Counted from the first letter of the stretch, positions 54,097 to 63,453 are shown. The stretch: DNA of 64,000 bases from an uncultured Verrucomicrobiae bacterium (GCA_963815455.1 CAWFGO010000003.1:224001-288000), one strand, 5' to 3'. The notes: generated by a model not told the origin, from the sequence alone. Numbers and translations are program-made.

Positions 54097-55586
54097 TCTT
54101 TTGCGGAAGTTTGCGAACCGATCATGACGTGCAGACCAAGATAAATAACAAATGCCACGGCAAACCCCACAAACCAGGCGTAACTGTACAAGCTCATCCA
54201 AAAAGCGCCGATCGATTCGGCATTGAGCACTTTAATTGTTCCTAAAAATCCGGGGACGCAGGGCGCGATACCGAATACCAGAGCAATGATGGCAGCAATA
54301 TTGAATCCCCCGAAGTATGTGTACTCGCCGCGCGTCTGATACAGACCGGCGAGATTCAGCCGGGTTCGCCGGATGACGAAGTAATCGCAAATCAAGATGC
54401 CGCCGATTGGACCGAGCAGGGCGGAATAACCAATCAGCCAGGTGAAAATGTAGCCGGTCGGGTCCGCCACCAGTTTCCACGGCATCATCACGATGCCGAT
54501 GATTCCGGTGATGAGTCCCCCAGTGCGACGGCTAATGTGACGCGGGGCGAGATTGGAAAAGGAGATCGCAGGCGAAACGACATTGGCTGCCAGGTTCGTT
54601 GTCAGCGTAGCCAGTGTTAAGGCAAACATCGAGATCAGCATTAACACCACGCTATCGAACCTCGACATCAATTCGATCGGGTCCCAAATCGTTTCGCCGA
54701 AGATCACCACGGTCGCGCTCGTCACTGCGACTCCGATGAACGCGTAAAACGGCATCGTCGTATTTAATCCAAGGGCCTGGCCGAGAATCTGATCTTTCTG
54801 ACTGCGGGCCAGCCGCGTGAAGTCCGGAATATTTAATGAAAGCGTTGCCCAGAACCCAACCATGCCGGTCAAACCGGGCACAAAAAATTTCCAGAACTCG
54901 CCGGCGGTTTTGAACTTGGACGGCTGGCTGAGCATCGGCCCGAATCCGTTTGCTTTCAGGTAGGCCCAGATCAGCAGCGCAATGCCGATAAGGATCAGCA
55001 ACGGCGCGCCCCAGTCTTCGACCACGCGAATGCTTTCCATGCCACGCCAGAAGATCCAGACATTGAGCGCCCAAAAAAGCATGAAGCAAATGAACTGGGC
55101 AAGATTAATCCCGAGAAAACCAAGCATCGGCGTATCAGCCAGCGCGGGCATGGCTACGAGTCCCAGTTTGTAAACAGCCCAGCCGCCGATCCACGTTTGG
55201 ATTCCAAACCAGCCGCAGGCAACAATTGCACGCAGAATTGCCGGGATGTTCGCGCCTAAAGTACCGAACGACGCGCGCGCGAAAACAGGAAAGGAAATTC
55301 CGTACTCGGTACCGGCATGGGCGTTTAGGATCATCGGGATCAGCACGATCAAATTCCCCAGAAAAACGGTTAGGATTGCTTCCCACCAATTCATGCCACC
55401 GCTGATCAGACTCGACGCCAGCATGTAAGTGGGAATGCAAACACTCATCCCGATCCAAAGCGCGGCGATGTTCCACGTTGTCCAGGTCCGTTTGTCCGCC
55501 GGGATTGGCGCAAGATCAGCATTATAGAGTTGACCCTGCTCCAGGCCCGACAACGCGGCAGCATCGACATCGGGCGCGGCGTTCAT
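54066..55586 (-). CDS. NCS1 nucleobase:cation symporter
   Basis: YNADLAP, FPVFARASFG, ACGWFGIQTW, LNIPDFTR, NLAAN. Confidence 0.95.
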   Translation of the reverse strand: MNAAPDVDAAALSGLEQGQLYNADLAPIPADKRTWTTWNIAALWIGMSVCIPTYMLASSLISGGMNWWEAILTVFLGNLIVLIPMILNAHAGTEYGISFPVFARASFGTLGANIPAILRAIVACGWFGIQTWIGGWAVYKLGLVAMPALADTPMLGFLGINLAQFICFMLFWALNVWIFWRGMESIRVVEDWGAPLLILIGIALLIWAYLKANGFGPMLSQPSKFKTAGEFWKFFVPGLTGMVGFWATLSLNIPDFTRLARSQKDQILGQALGLNTTMPFYAFIGVAVTSATVVIFGETIWDPIELMSRFDSVVLMLISMFALTLATLTTNLAANVVSPAISFSNLAPRHISRRTGGLITGIIGIVMMPWKLVADPTGYIFTWLIGYSALLGPIGGILICDYFVIRRTRLNLAGLYQTRGEYTYFGGFNIAAIIALVFGIAPCVPGFLGTIKVLNAESIGAFWMSLYSYAWFVGFAVAFVIYLGLHVMIGSQTSAKDVILSEAKRS

Positions 55587-55652
55587 CAGGCGTTGATCGT
55601 GCCCCGCCCGATCCCAGTGCGCAATATCAAAGCGTCCCACGGGCCCGCGCCA

Positions 55653-55738
55653 GGTGGATCGAGCAATCCCTTGCTCGATGTTATTCTGGCGGCGAAGCCG
55701 CATTCGTTTAGCATCGCCCGCGGAGCGGCCGATCCACC
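55653..55738. repeat. GGTGG REPIN (RAYT family)
   Basis: Right arm is the reverse complement of GGTGGATCGGCCGCTCCGCGGGCGATGCT at 33427. Confidence 0.8.
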
Positions 55739-55801
55739 TTCAAGAGTGCGCGAGCGCAAAGCGTCTTGTCACATCGGCGCAACTTCGATCAAATCAACGC
55801 C

Positions 55802-57046
55802 GTGCCGTTGCAATTGATCAGCGCGGTCGGACTGGTGTCGATGATTGCCATTGCCTGGGCGATTTCCTCGAGCCGAAAATGCTTTCCCTGGCGCACCGTC
55901 ACCTGGGGTCTGGGCCTGCAGCTGGCCTTTGCCCTGTTCATATTGAAAACTCCATTCGGTCTCGCCCTGTTTGCAGCGGCTCAGCGCCTCATCGATAAGC
56001 TCAACATTTTCGCCATGGAGGGCGCACAGATGGTTTTCGGCCCGCTGGCCAAGGGCGACCTTCTTAAGATCACCTTCGGCGAAGGCCACAATTACATCTT
56101 CGCTGTCTCGATTTCCGCGACCATCATCGTCATCTCCGCTCTTTCGGCGCTGTTTTATCATTGGGGAATCCTCCAGCGCATCGTGCACGCGATGGCCTGG
56201 GTGATGCGGAAAGCGATGCGCACCAGCGGCAGCGAAAGTCTCGGCGCGGCCGGCAATATTTTTCTTGGTCAGACCGAGGCCGCGCTGCTCATCCGGCCGT
56301 ATCTCCCGCGAATGACCATGAGCGAATTGATGGCGCTGATGACAACCGGGATGGCCACCATCGCCAGCGGCGTGATGATCGTTTACGCACAACTCGGCGT
56401 GGATGCCGGGCATTTGCTGACCGCATCGGTGTTGAGCGCGCCCGCCGGTTTGTTGATTGGCAAGATCATGTTTCCCGAGACCGAAGTGAGCGAAACGCGC
56501 AGCAGCGCCTCGGCCGACGTGAAGAAAACCACGGTGAACAGCATCGACGCCCTTTGTCGCGGCGCCGGTGAAGGGATCTGGCTCGCGATCAATGTGCTTG
56601 GAATGTTGATCGCATTCGTGGCCACGGTCGCGCTGGCCAATTATGTCGTCACGAAATTGCAGAACCTGTTTGGCATCACCCAGCCGGTCACGATCCAAAA
56701 CCTGCTCGGGTATCTGAATTGGCCATTCGCGTGGCTGATGGGTATTGCAGCCAGCGACTGCCAGGTCGTTGGACAGGTCCTGGGCGAACGCGTCGTCCTG
56801 AACGAGTTCATCGGTTATCTCTCGCTCTCGCAACAAAAGGCGCAGCTCGATCCGCGGAGCTTTACCATAGCGACCTATGCCCTCTGCGGGTTCGCCAATT
56901 TTTCCAGCATCGCCATTCAAATCGGCGGCATCGGCGCCCTGGCGCCTGAGCGACGCAGCGATCTCGCCCGGCTCGGGCTTCGGGCCATGGTCGGTGGTGT
57001 TCTGGCCTGTTACCTCACCGCGACCGTGGTTGGGATTTTGATTTAG
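55802..57046 (+). CDS. Concentrative nucleoside transporter (CNT, NupC family)
   Basis: NIFLGQTEA, MATIAS, NEFIGY, YALCGFANFSSIAI. Confidence 0.95.
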   Translation: MPLQLISAVGLVSMIAIAWAISSSRKCFPWRTVTWGLGLQLAFALFILKTPFGLALFAAAQRLIDKLNIFAMEGAQMVFGPLAKGDLLKITFGEGHNYIFAVSISATIIVISALSALFYHWGILQRIVHAMAWVMRKAMRTSGSESLGAAGNIFLGQTEAALLIRPYLPRMTMSELMALMTTGMATIASGVMIVYAQLGVDAGHLLTASVLSAPAGLLIGKIMFPETEVSETRSSASADVKKTTVNSIDALCRGAGEGIWLAINVLGMLIAFVATVALANYVVTKLQNLFGITQPVTIQNLLGYLNWPFAWLMGIAASDCQVVGQVLGERVVLNEFIGYLSLSQQKAQLDPRSFTIATYALCGFANFSSIAIQIGGIGALAPERRSDLARLGLRAMVGGVLACYLTATVVGILI

Positions 57047-57058
57047 AGCGGTTGGGCC

Positions 57059-57346
57059 ATGCACGTCATCACCAGAAAGCGACTGAACGAGTTTGCCGAG
57101 AAACATCCGGAAGTCACATCATCTCTGGCTCGTTGGTATGCGATAATGCGAAAAGGCCAATTCTCGAACCTCGTGCATTTGCGCGAGACCTTCCCTCACG
57201 CCGATCAAGTCGGTAGGTTCACCGTCTTCAACATCGCTGGTAACAAAGTTCGACTGATTGCCGCGGTGCATTATAATAGGAACAAGATTTACATCCGCCA
57301 CGTGTTGACTCACACGGAGTACGACACCGGCAACTGGAAGAAATAA
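57059..57346 (+). CDS. higB: HigB-family toxin
   Basis: MHVIT, VFNIAGNKVRLI, YIRHVLTHTEYD. Confidence 0.93.
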   Translation: MHVITRKRLNEFAEKHPEVTSSLARWYAIMRKGQFSNLVHLRETFPHADQVGRFTVFNIAGNKVRLIAAVHYNRNKIYIRHVLTHTEYDTGNWKK

Positions 57347-57571
57347 ATGTCTGTCGCAGAACTTAAGAAAGTGACAAAGGCCTGGCCACCCATTTCTCGG
57401 GCGGTGCGCGTGCCTCGCAACGAAGAGGATTACAATGGACTTGTGGAATTGCTCGATTCCGTCACCGACGAGGTCGGCGAAGATGAAAATCATCCGCTCG
57501 CTTCTCTCATGGATGTGCTTGGCGTTCTGATTGAGAAATACGAGGACGAGCGAGTTCCGGAGTTGCAGTAA
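57347..57571 (+). CDS. higA: HigA-type antitoxin, short, apparently without HTH
   Basis: RNEEDY..L, HPLASLMDVLGVLIEKYE; abuts higB. Confidence 0.75.
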   Translation: MSVAELKKVTKAWPPISRAVRVPRNEEDYNGLVELLDSVTDEVGEDENHPLASLMDVLGVLIEKYEDERVPELQ

Positions 57572-57665
57572 TAGGAGCGCCACGCAAATCGGCGGGCCGC
57601 TCGCCTGCTATCTTACAGGAACGGTTATTGGGGTGCTCATCTAGAATGTTCTGTCCGCCAGCAAT

Positions 57666-57755
57666 TGTAGGGCGTCTGTGTCAGACGCCATTCGCTCAAA
57701 AGCCGTCTCACCCACCTTCGTCTGGCTACGGCGCGGCAGGCAGAGACGGCCTACA
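57666..57755. repeat. GTAG-type REP doublet with a 30-bp element in the right hairpin loop
   Basis: Left arm identical to the 33604 copy; insert at 57711-57740. Confidence 0.8.
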
Positions 57756-57773
57756 ATTTTTTCGCGAGACGCC

Positions 57774-58802
57774 ATGAAAGCTGTTCGCCTTGTTCAACCC
57801 GGACGCCCGCTTGAATTGCAGGATATCCCATTGCCACACACGGGAGATGAAGACGTGTTGGTGCGAATCGCTGCCGCCGGCATCTGTCATTCGGACGCCC
57901 ATTATCGCGCTGGAAAAGCGCGCGTTCATCCCCTGCCGCTGACACTCGGACATGAGGTCGCAGGCATCGTAGAAACCGTCGGTCGGGATGTGAAACACTT
58001 TTGCGTGGGAGATCGGGTTTGTCTCCATTATATGGTCACCTGCGGGAAGTGCGCCTGGTGCGCCAAAGGGAACGATCAATTCTGCGAGACCGGCGCCATG
58101 ATCGGCAAATCGCGCGACGGCGGTTACGCCGAGTTCATCGTTATTCCAGCGCGCAGCGTGTTCGAATTGCCTGATGAAATTCCGTTCGAACACGGAGGGG
58201 TCATGATGTGCTCATCGGCCACGTCATTGCATGCCTTGAAACAGGCAAGGTTGAAGGCAGGCGAATCGGTCGCGGTATTCGGGACCGGCGGACTGGGCCT
58301 ATCCGCCATCCAACTCGCGAAGGCATTGGGTGGCGGTGAAGTCTTCGCCATCGATATCAAAACTAACAAACTCGAGCTGGCGCGATCGTTGGGCGCGGTG
58401 TCTATCGATGCTCGTGCCAACGACCCTGTAAAACTGATCCGCGATCGCACGGACGGACGAGGAGTGGACGTCGCTTTGGAGCTCGTTGGACTCCCTCTAA
58501 CGATGCAACAGGCGGTTCGCTCGCTCGCCATTCACGGGCGCGCCGCGCTGGTCGGCATCACCGACAGAAATTTTGAAGTTTCCCCCTATCACGAGCTGAT
58601 TAATCGTGAAACGGAAATCATTGGAGTGTCCGATCATTTGGCGAGCGAAATTCCGTCGCTACTCGAATTCGCCCGCACCGGAAAACTGGATCTCTCGGGC
58701 GTAGTAACCCATACCATTCCCCTTCAACCGCAAGTCATCAACGACGTGCTCGATCGGCTGGAACACTTTAGCGAGGACGTGCGCGTCGTGATTACGCCCT
58801 AA
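57774..58802 (+). CDS. Zinc-dependent alcohol dehydrogenase (MDR)
   Basis: GICHSD, LGHE, CGKCAWC..C, GTGGLG. Confidence 0.93.
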   Translation: MKAVRLVQPGRPLELQDIPLPHTGDEDVLVRIAAAGICHSDAHYRAGKARVHPLPLTLGHEVAGIVETVGRDVKHFCVGDRVCLHYMVTCGKCAWCAKGNDQFCETGAMIGKSRDGGYAEFIVIPARSVFELPDEIPFEHGGVMMCSSATSLHALKQARLKAGESVAVFGTGGLGLSAIQLAKALGGGEVFAIDIKTNKLELARSLGAVSIDARANDPVKLIRDRTDGRGVDVALELVGLPLTMQQAVRSLAIHGRAALVGITDRNFEVSPYHELINRETEIIGVSDHLASEIPSLLEFARTGKLDLSGVVTHTIPLQPQVINDVLDRLEHFSEDVRVVITP

Positions 58803-58804
58803 GT

Positions 58805-58974
58805 CTGGAGAGCACAGGCTGCTAACCTGTAGGTCTCGGCAGCTTGCCGAGACCATCTTTGCGCGCTTGGTTCGATCGACAAACGGACAGAATGTTGCCG
58901 GCAGGCTGCCGGCAACTGCAGGCTGGCAGCCTGCGCTCCCCGGAACGGGAGACTCAAAAATGAGTGGGCTCGCG
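58805..58974. repeat. GGGAGCAC REPIN copy 2 plus duplicated hydA 3' end
   Basis: Imperfect direct repeat of 59814-59984. Confidence 0.8.
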
Positions 58975-59056
58975 GTCGCTCGCCTGCTATCTCTTCGCCG
59001 CCGTTTCACCTCCGACATCGTTGACTCAGGCTGTGCAATGTGTCACAGTGAGTCAC

Positions 59057-59317
59057 ATGAAGCGGGTCTCGATTAGACAGTTACACGAAAAGACCGGGCA
59101 ATGGGTGCGTCTGGCGAAGATGCACGAGCAGATCATCATTACCGAGCGAGGGCGCCCGGTGGCGGCCCTTGCGCCTGTTCGGACGCCCGCCAAAGGGAAC
59201 CGGTTCGAGGCTCGAAAGCTTTTGCCCGCCTACAAAAAACTGCGGGGCAAACTCTCCGGCGGGACTGACAGCGGGACGATTCTATCCGAGGAACGTGATC
59301 GCAACATAGACCGGTGA
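59057..59317 (+). CDS. Phd/YefM-family antitoxin
   Basis: VSIRQLH, IIITERGRPVAAL; overlaps the toxin start. Confidence 0.9.
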   Translation: MKRVSIRQLHEKTGQWVRLAKMHEQIIITERGRPVAALAPVRTPAKGNRFEARKLLPAYKKLRGKLSGGTDSGTILSEERDRNIDR

Positions 59318-59742
59318 TTTACTTCGACGCCGCTTACATCGCGAAATTTTATCTCGATGAGCCAGACTCGGATCGGGTCCGGCAACGTGCGGAGAATGCC
59401 GGGGAAATCGCCTGCTGCATCCACGGGAAAGTTGAAGTGCTCACCGTTTTTCATCGGAAGCTTCGCGAGCGCGCTTTCAGTCCAAAGGCTTTTGAAGCGC
59501 TCTGCGAACAGTTCGAGGCCGACTGCGATTCCTCGCTCTGGGAATGGCTGCCGGTGAGCACCGCCTTGGTCGGAAATTTATCGCGGCAGATTCGCAGCCT
59601 TTCTGCTCGCGTTTTCATTCGCGCTTCCGATGCTCTTCATCTGGCATCCGCTGCCGAACAAGGATTTAGGGAAATTTACTCGAACGATCGCCGCCTGCTG
59701 GAAGCCGCGTCCCATTTTGGCCTTCGCGGGCTCAGCGTTTAA
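59314..59742 (+). CDS. vapC: VapC (PIN domain) toxin
   Basis: IYFDAAY, E, DALHLASA, SNDRRL acidic motifs. Confidence 0.92.
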   Translation: MIYFDAAYIAKFYLDEPDSDRVRQRAENAGEIACCIHGKVEVLTVFHRKLRERAFSPKAFEALCEQFEADCDSSLWEWLPVSTALVGNLSRQIRSLSARVFIRASDALHLASAAEQGFREIYSNDRRLLEAASHFGLRGLSV

Positions 59743-59813
59743 AAGCCAGCGCTCTTGAAGCGTTGATCTGCCAACGAGGCGAAGATGTGCGGGTTGTAAT
59801 TATGCCGTGAGTT

Positions 59814-59954
59814 TGGGGAGCACAGGCTGCCAGCCTGTTGATTTCGGCAGCTTGCCGAAATCATCTTTGTTTCACACCTGGCTCGATCAACAATTGGACA
59901 GAATGTTGCCGGCAAGCTGCCGGCAACTGCAGGCTAGCAGCCTGCGCTCCCCAG
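59814..59954. repeat. GGGAGCAC REPIN copy 3
   Basis: TGGGGAGCACAGGCTGCCAGCCTG...GCCTGCGCTCCCCAG. Confidence 0.8.
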
Positions 59955-59963
59955 AACGGGAAT

Positions 59964-61340
59964 TCAAAAATGAGTCGGCTCGCGCTTCAGAAATTTGCCG
60001 CGGCCGAATTCGCCGACAAATTTTCCATCACGCGCCGCTACTTTGCCGCGCACGGTGACGATGTGAGGTCGGCCTTCAATCTCGAATCCTTCAAACGAAT
60101 TGTAATCGAGATTCATCTGATGAGTCTTCGCTGAAATCTTTCCGCGATAACTTGGATCGTAAACGACAAGATCAGCGTCGCTGCCGATTTGAATCGCGCC
60201 TTTGCGCGGGAACAGTCCGAACAGTTTCGCAGCTTGCGTGCTCGCGGTATCAACGAAACGCTGGATGTCGATCTTCCCGGTTTTCACGCCGCGCGTGAAA
60301 TAGAGATTTACTCGATCTTCCAGAGATGGAATCCCGTTTGGGATTTTGGTGAAATCGTCTTTGCCCATTTGTTTTTGGGTAAAATCGAAAGGCGCGTGAT
60401 CGGTCGCCAGGGTCGAGACTGAACCGTCCGCCAGCGCTTTCCAAAATATTTCCTGGTTCTTCTTATCGCGCAGCGGCGGCGACATCACATTCTTTGCGCC
60501 TTCGAAATTCGGTTCGGCCGCGGTCCGATCGAGCAGCAGATATTGAATCAGGGTCTCGATCCAGACATTCACCCCACGCTCCCGGCCCCGGATCGCTTCG
60601 CGTAATGCCTCCTCGCAGCTGGTGTGCACGGTGTAAACATGAGCACCGGTCATTTCTGCGAACGTCATTAAGTGATGCACGCCTTCCGCCTCCACTACCG
60701 GCGGCCGGCTCCAATAATGAAATTCCGGGCCGGTTTTTCTCTCGGACAAAAGCTTCTTTTGTAGCTCCGCAACCAAGTCTGCGTTTTCACAATGGGCCGT
60801 GACAATAACGCCGAGCTTCTTTGCCAGCGTCAGGGTTGCATAAAGTTCTTCATCGGTTATGCCGAACGCGCCTTTGTAAGCGAGAAAGATTTTAAAGCTG
60901 CTATTCCCGCGGTGGACAATCTCTCGAAAATCTTGTTCGGCCTCGTTGTCATAGCGGGTCACGCCCATGTGAAACGTGAAATCGCAGGCACTTTTGCCTT
61001 CCGCTTTGCCCAGCCACAGCTCGAACGCTTCCAGCGGCTTCTCATTGCGGGCCGGGCAAACCATCTCAATAAAAGTTGTCGTTCCACCGACTAACGCGGC
61101 CCGGCTCGCCGTTTCGTGTGTGTCCTTGGCGTAGGTGCCCATGAACGGCAGATAGATGTGCACGTGCGGATCGACAAACCCCGGGAAAACAAATTTCCCT
61201 TTTGCATCGATCACTTCGTCGGCTTTGACGTTGTCGATTTTGGGCTCGATGCGCGTGATCGTTTCGTTCTCGCAGAAGATGTCGGCGACGTATTTTTCGT
61301 CCGACGTAATAATCTCACCATTCTTAATCAAAAGTGACAT
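59964..61340 (-). CDS. hydA: Dihydropyrimidinase
   Basis: DPHVH, GGTTT, SSFKIFLAY, HCEN, MSPPLR, TDHAPF, IPNG. Confidence 0.95.
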   Translation of the reverse strand: MSLLIKNGEIITSDEKYVADIFCENETITRIEPKIDNVKADEVIDAKGKFVFPGFVDPHVHIYLPFMGTYAKDTHETASRAALVGGTTTFIEMVCPARNEKPLEAFELWLGKAEGKSACDFTFHMGVTRYDNEAEQDFREIVHRGNSSFKIFLAYKGAFGITDEELYATLTLAKKLGVIVTAHCENADLVAELQKKLLSERKTGPEFHYWSRPPVVEAEGVHHLMTFAEMTGAHVYTVHTSCEEALREAIRGRERGVNVWIETLIQYLLLDRTAAEPNFEGAKNVMSPPLRDKKNQEIFWKALADGSVSTLATDHAPFDFTQKQMGKDDFTKIPNGIPSLEDRVNLYFTRGVKTGKIDIQRFVDTASTQAAKLFGLFPRKGAIQIGSDADLVVYDPSYRGKISAKTHQMNLDYNSFEGFEIEGRPHIVTVRGKVAARDGKFVGEFGRGKFLKREPTHF

Positions 61341-61347
61341 GAAAGAG

Positions 61348-61806
61348 AGTGCCCCGTGACCAGTGACAAGTGACCAGTTATTGACGGTCAGCTAGCTTGC
61401 GACGTAATGCGTTCAGCATTCGTCGGATTTCGTCGATAATTTCGTATGCCGCGATGACATTTTCTTTCGCGCAGAAGTTGAGTTCGACAGAGAGGATTAT
61501 CTGCGTGTCGAGTTCCGCCGTTGAGCCTTCGGCGTGAGAAATGAACTGAATGAATTCTCCCGTCGTGTGCCGCGCCTGGCCCTCCGCTATGTTCGATGGA
61601 ATCGATACGGCAGCGCGCCGCATCTGTGCAATTATCCCAAATTTTTCCTCTGACGGAAAGTTGGCAGTTAATTTGTAAATAAGCTTTGCCAGCTCGATGC
61701 CTTTTCTCCAAGCGACAAGATCTTTATAACTTTTGGTGTGCTGATTCATGCCGACGTTGTAGCGGGGGATTTCCAACTTGTCACTGGTCACTCGTCACTG
61801 GTCACT
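61348..61806. repeat. Inverted AGTGACN heptamer arrays (61348-61380, 61779-61806) flanking the four-helix-bundle gene
   Basis: (AGTGACC)n versus (GGTCACT)n. Confidence 0.85.
61378..61749 (-). CDS. Four helix bundle protein (23S rRNA IVP / Avd-like family)
   Basis: SYKDLVAW, FPSEEKFG..Q.RRAAVSIPSNIAEG, GS..ELDTQ. Confidence 0.95.
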   Translation of the reverse strand: MNQHTKSYKDLVAWRKGIELAKLIYKLTANFPSEEKFGIIAQMRRAAVSIPSNIAEGQARHTTGEFIQFISHAEGSTAELDTQIILSVELNFCAKENVIAAYEIIDEIRRMLNALRRKLADRQ

Positions 61807-61812
61807 TCCCAA

Positions 61813-63348
61813 TCACTTCTTCCAAACGTCGCCCACCCCTTCGCCGAACCAGCGCGTTGAGACCACCTTCTGCTGGGTGTAAAACTGCACCCCTTCCTTG
61901 CCCTGAATGTGCAGATCGCCGTAGAAGGATTCGTCCCAGCCGGTGAATGGGAACATCGCCATCGTCGCAGGCACACCGACGTTGATTCCGACCATGCCTG
62001 CTTTGACCCGGTGTTTGAATTCGCGCGCCGCTTTTCCTGAATTCGTGAAGATCGCGGCCCCATTCCCGTAGGACGATTTGTTTGCGACTTCGATGGCGTG
62101 ATCGAGGTCCTCCATGCGCATGACGTTCAGCACGGGGCCGAAAACTTCTTCGCGGGCGATTGTCATCCCGTCGCGAACTTGATCGACAATTGTCGCGCCC
62201 ATGAAAAATCCGTTAGGGGCATCCGCCACTTTAACGCCCCGGCCATCAGCAATGATTTTTGCGCCTTCTTTTTCGCCGCTTTCGACCAGACCGAAAACGC
62301 GATCGCGATGCTGGCCAGTGATGACCGGGCCCATGTCGGGCTGCGCTTTGCTGTCGGTCGGACCGACCTTAATCGCGCGAGCCGCTTCGATTAACGAAGG
62401 CAAAATGTGATCGGAGGCTTTGCCGACAGTGATGGCTGTTGATCCAGCCATGCAGCGTTCGCCGGCACAACCGAATGCCGCGGTGGAAAGGGCTTCGACG
62501 GTGCGCGCAACATCCGCGTCGGGCATCACCACGATGTAATTCTTCGCGCCGCCATTCGCCTGGACCCGTTTGGCATGGCGCGTCCCGGTTTCAAAAATGT
62601 GTTTCGCAACCGGGGACGAACCGACAAACGAGATCGCTTTCACTTTTGGATGAGTCAGCAGCGCATCGACCGATTCGCGTCCGCCAGGGACAACATTCAG
62701 GACGCCCTTCGGCAAACCGGCCTTTTCCAAAAGTTCAATGATGAGCAACGCAGTAAGCGGAACTTTCTCGCTCGGCTTGAGCACGAAGGTGTTTCCGCAA
62801 GCGAGCGCAACCGGGAACATCCACATCGGCACCATTGCCGGAAAATTAAAGGGCGTTATCCCTACGCAGACACCAAGCGGTTGATGCATCGTCTCGCAAT
62901 CGACTCCGCGGGCCAGATTTTCCAGGGTATCGCCCATGAGCAGCGTGGGAATGCCGCAGGCGTACTCGATATTCTCGATTCCACGATAAGCGCTGCCCCG
63001 CGCTTCGGCCAACGTTTTGCCGTGCTCGCGCGAAACACTTTCACAAATACGATCGAAATTTTCTTCGACTAGCTGGCGGTAACGAAAAAACAACCGGGCC
63101 CGCTCGACCGGCGGCGTGTCGCGCCAACTCGGGAACGCCTCGGCCGCTGCTTCGACCGCTTCATCGACATGCTCTTTTGTGCAAAGCGGCACTTCGGCGA
63201 TGACTTCGCCGCGCGACGGATTGTAAACCGGCGATTTCTCGACGCCGGAAATCTCGCGCCATTCGCCGCCGATGAATGCGGGACACGGGGAGAGTGATGA
63301 GTGACCAGTGACCAGTGACGAGCTAAGGGCGGTTGTCGATTTTGCCAT
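61813..63348 (-). CDS. mmsA: CoA-acylating (methyl)malonate-semialdehyde dehydrogenase
   Basis: ITPFNFPAM, LKPSE, SFVGS, GGAKN, AGERCMA, EEVFGP. Confidence 0.95.
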   Translation of the reverse strand: MAKSTTALSSSLVTGHSSLSPCPAFIGGEWREISGVEKSPVYNPSRGEVIAEVPLCTKEHVDEAVEAAAEAFPSWRDTPPVERARLFFRYRQLVEENFDRICESVSREHGKTLAEARGSAYRGIENIEYACGIPTLLMGDTLENLARGVDCETMHQPLGVCVGITPFNFPAMVPMWMFPVALACGNTFVLKPSEKVPLTALLIIELLEKAGLPKGVLNVVPGGRESVDALLTHPKVKAISFVGSSPVAKHIFETGTRHAKRVQANGGAKNYIVVMPDADVARTVEALSTAAFGCAGERCMAGSTAITVGKASDHILPSLIEAARAIKVGPTDSKAQPDMGPVITGQHRDRVFGLVESGEKEGAKIIADGRGVKVADAPNGFFMGATIVDQVRDGMTIAREEVFGPVLNVMRMEDLDHAIEVANKSSYGNGAAIFTNSGKAAREFKHRVKAGMVGINVGVPATMAMFPFTGWDESFYGDLHIQGKEGVQFYTQQKVVSTRWFGEGVGDVWKK

Positions 63349-63446
63349 TACGTAACGTAGTTCATCGCCTGCCAGCCGCAAAGCTCGCCAGCAAATGCAG
63401 AAATGATTTTGCAGCGCTTGTCACTCGTCACATGTCACTAGTCACT
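63293..63446. repeat. Inverted AGTGACN heptamer arrays without a cargo gene, enclosing the mmsA start
   Basis: Four units at 63293-63320 and four inverted units at 63419-63446. Confidence 0.85.
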
Positions 63447-63453
63447 TGTTTTG

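Noticed and set aside
55769..57106. Long antisense ORFs (445 aa here; also 30034-30990, 18885-19871, 17012-17827)
   Set aside because: Shadows of well-supported genes on the opposite strand in GC-rich DNA, with no recognisable motifs
59021..59056. TTGACT promoter and TGTGTCACA / GTGAGTCAC palindromes before phd
   Set aside because: Plausible TA operator but ordinary, and the -10 match is weak
61378..61749. Avd-like gene as evidence for a diversity-generating retroelement
   Set aside because: No reverse transcriptase and no template/variable repeat pair seen in the window
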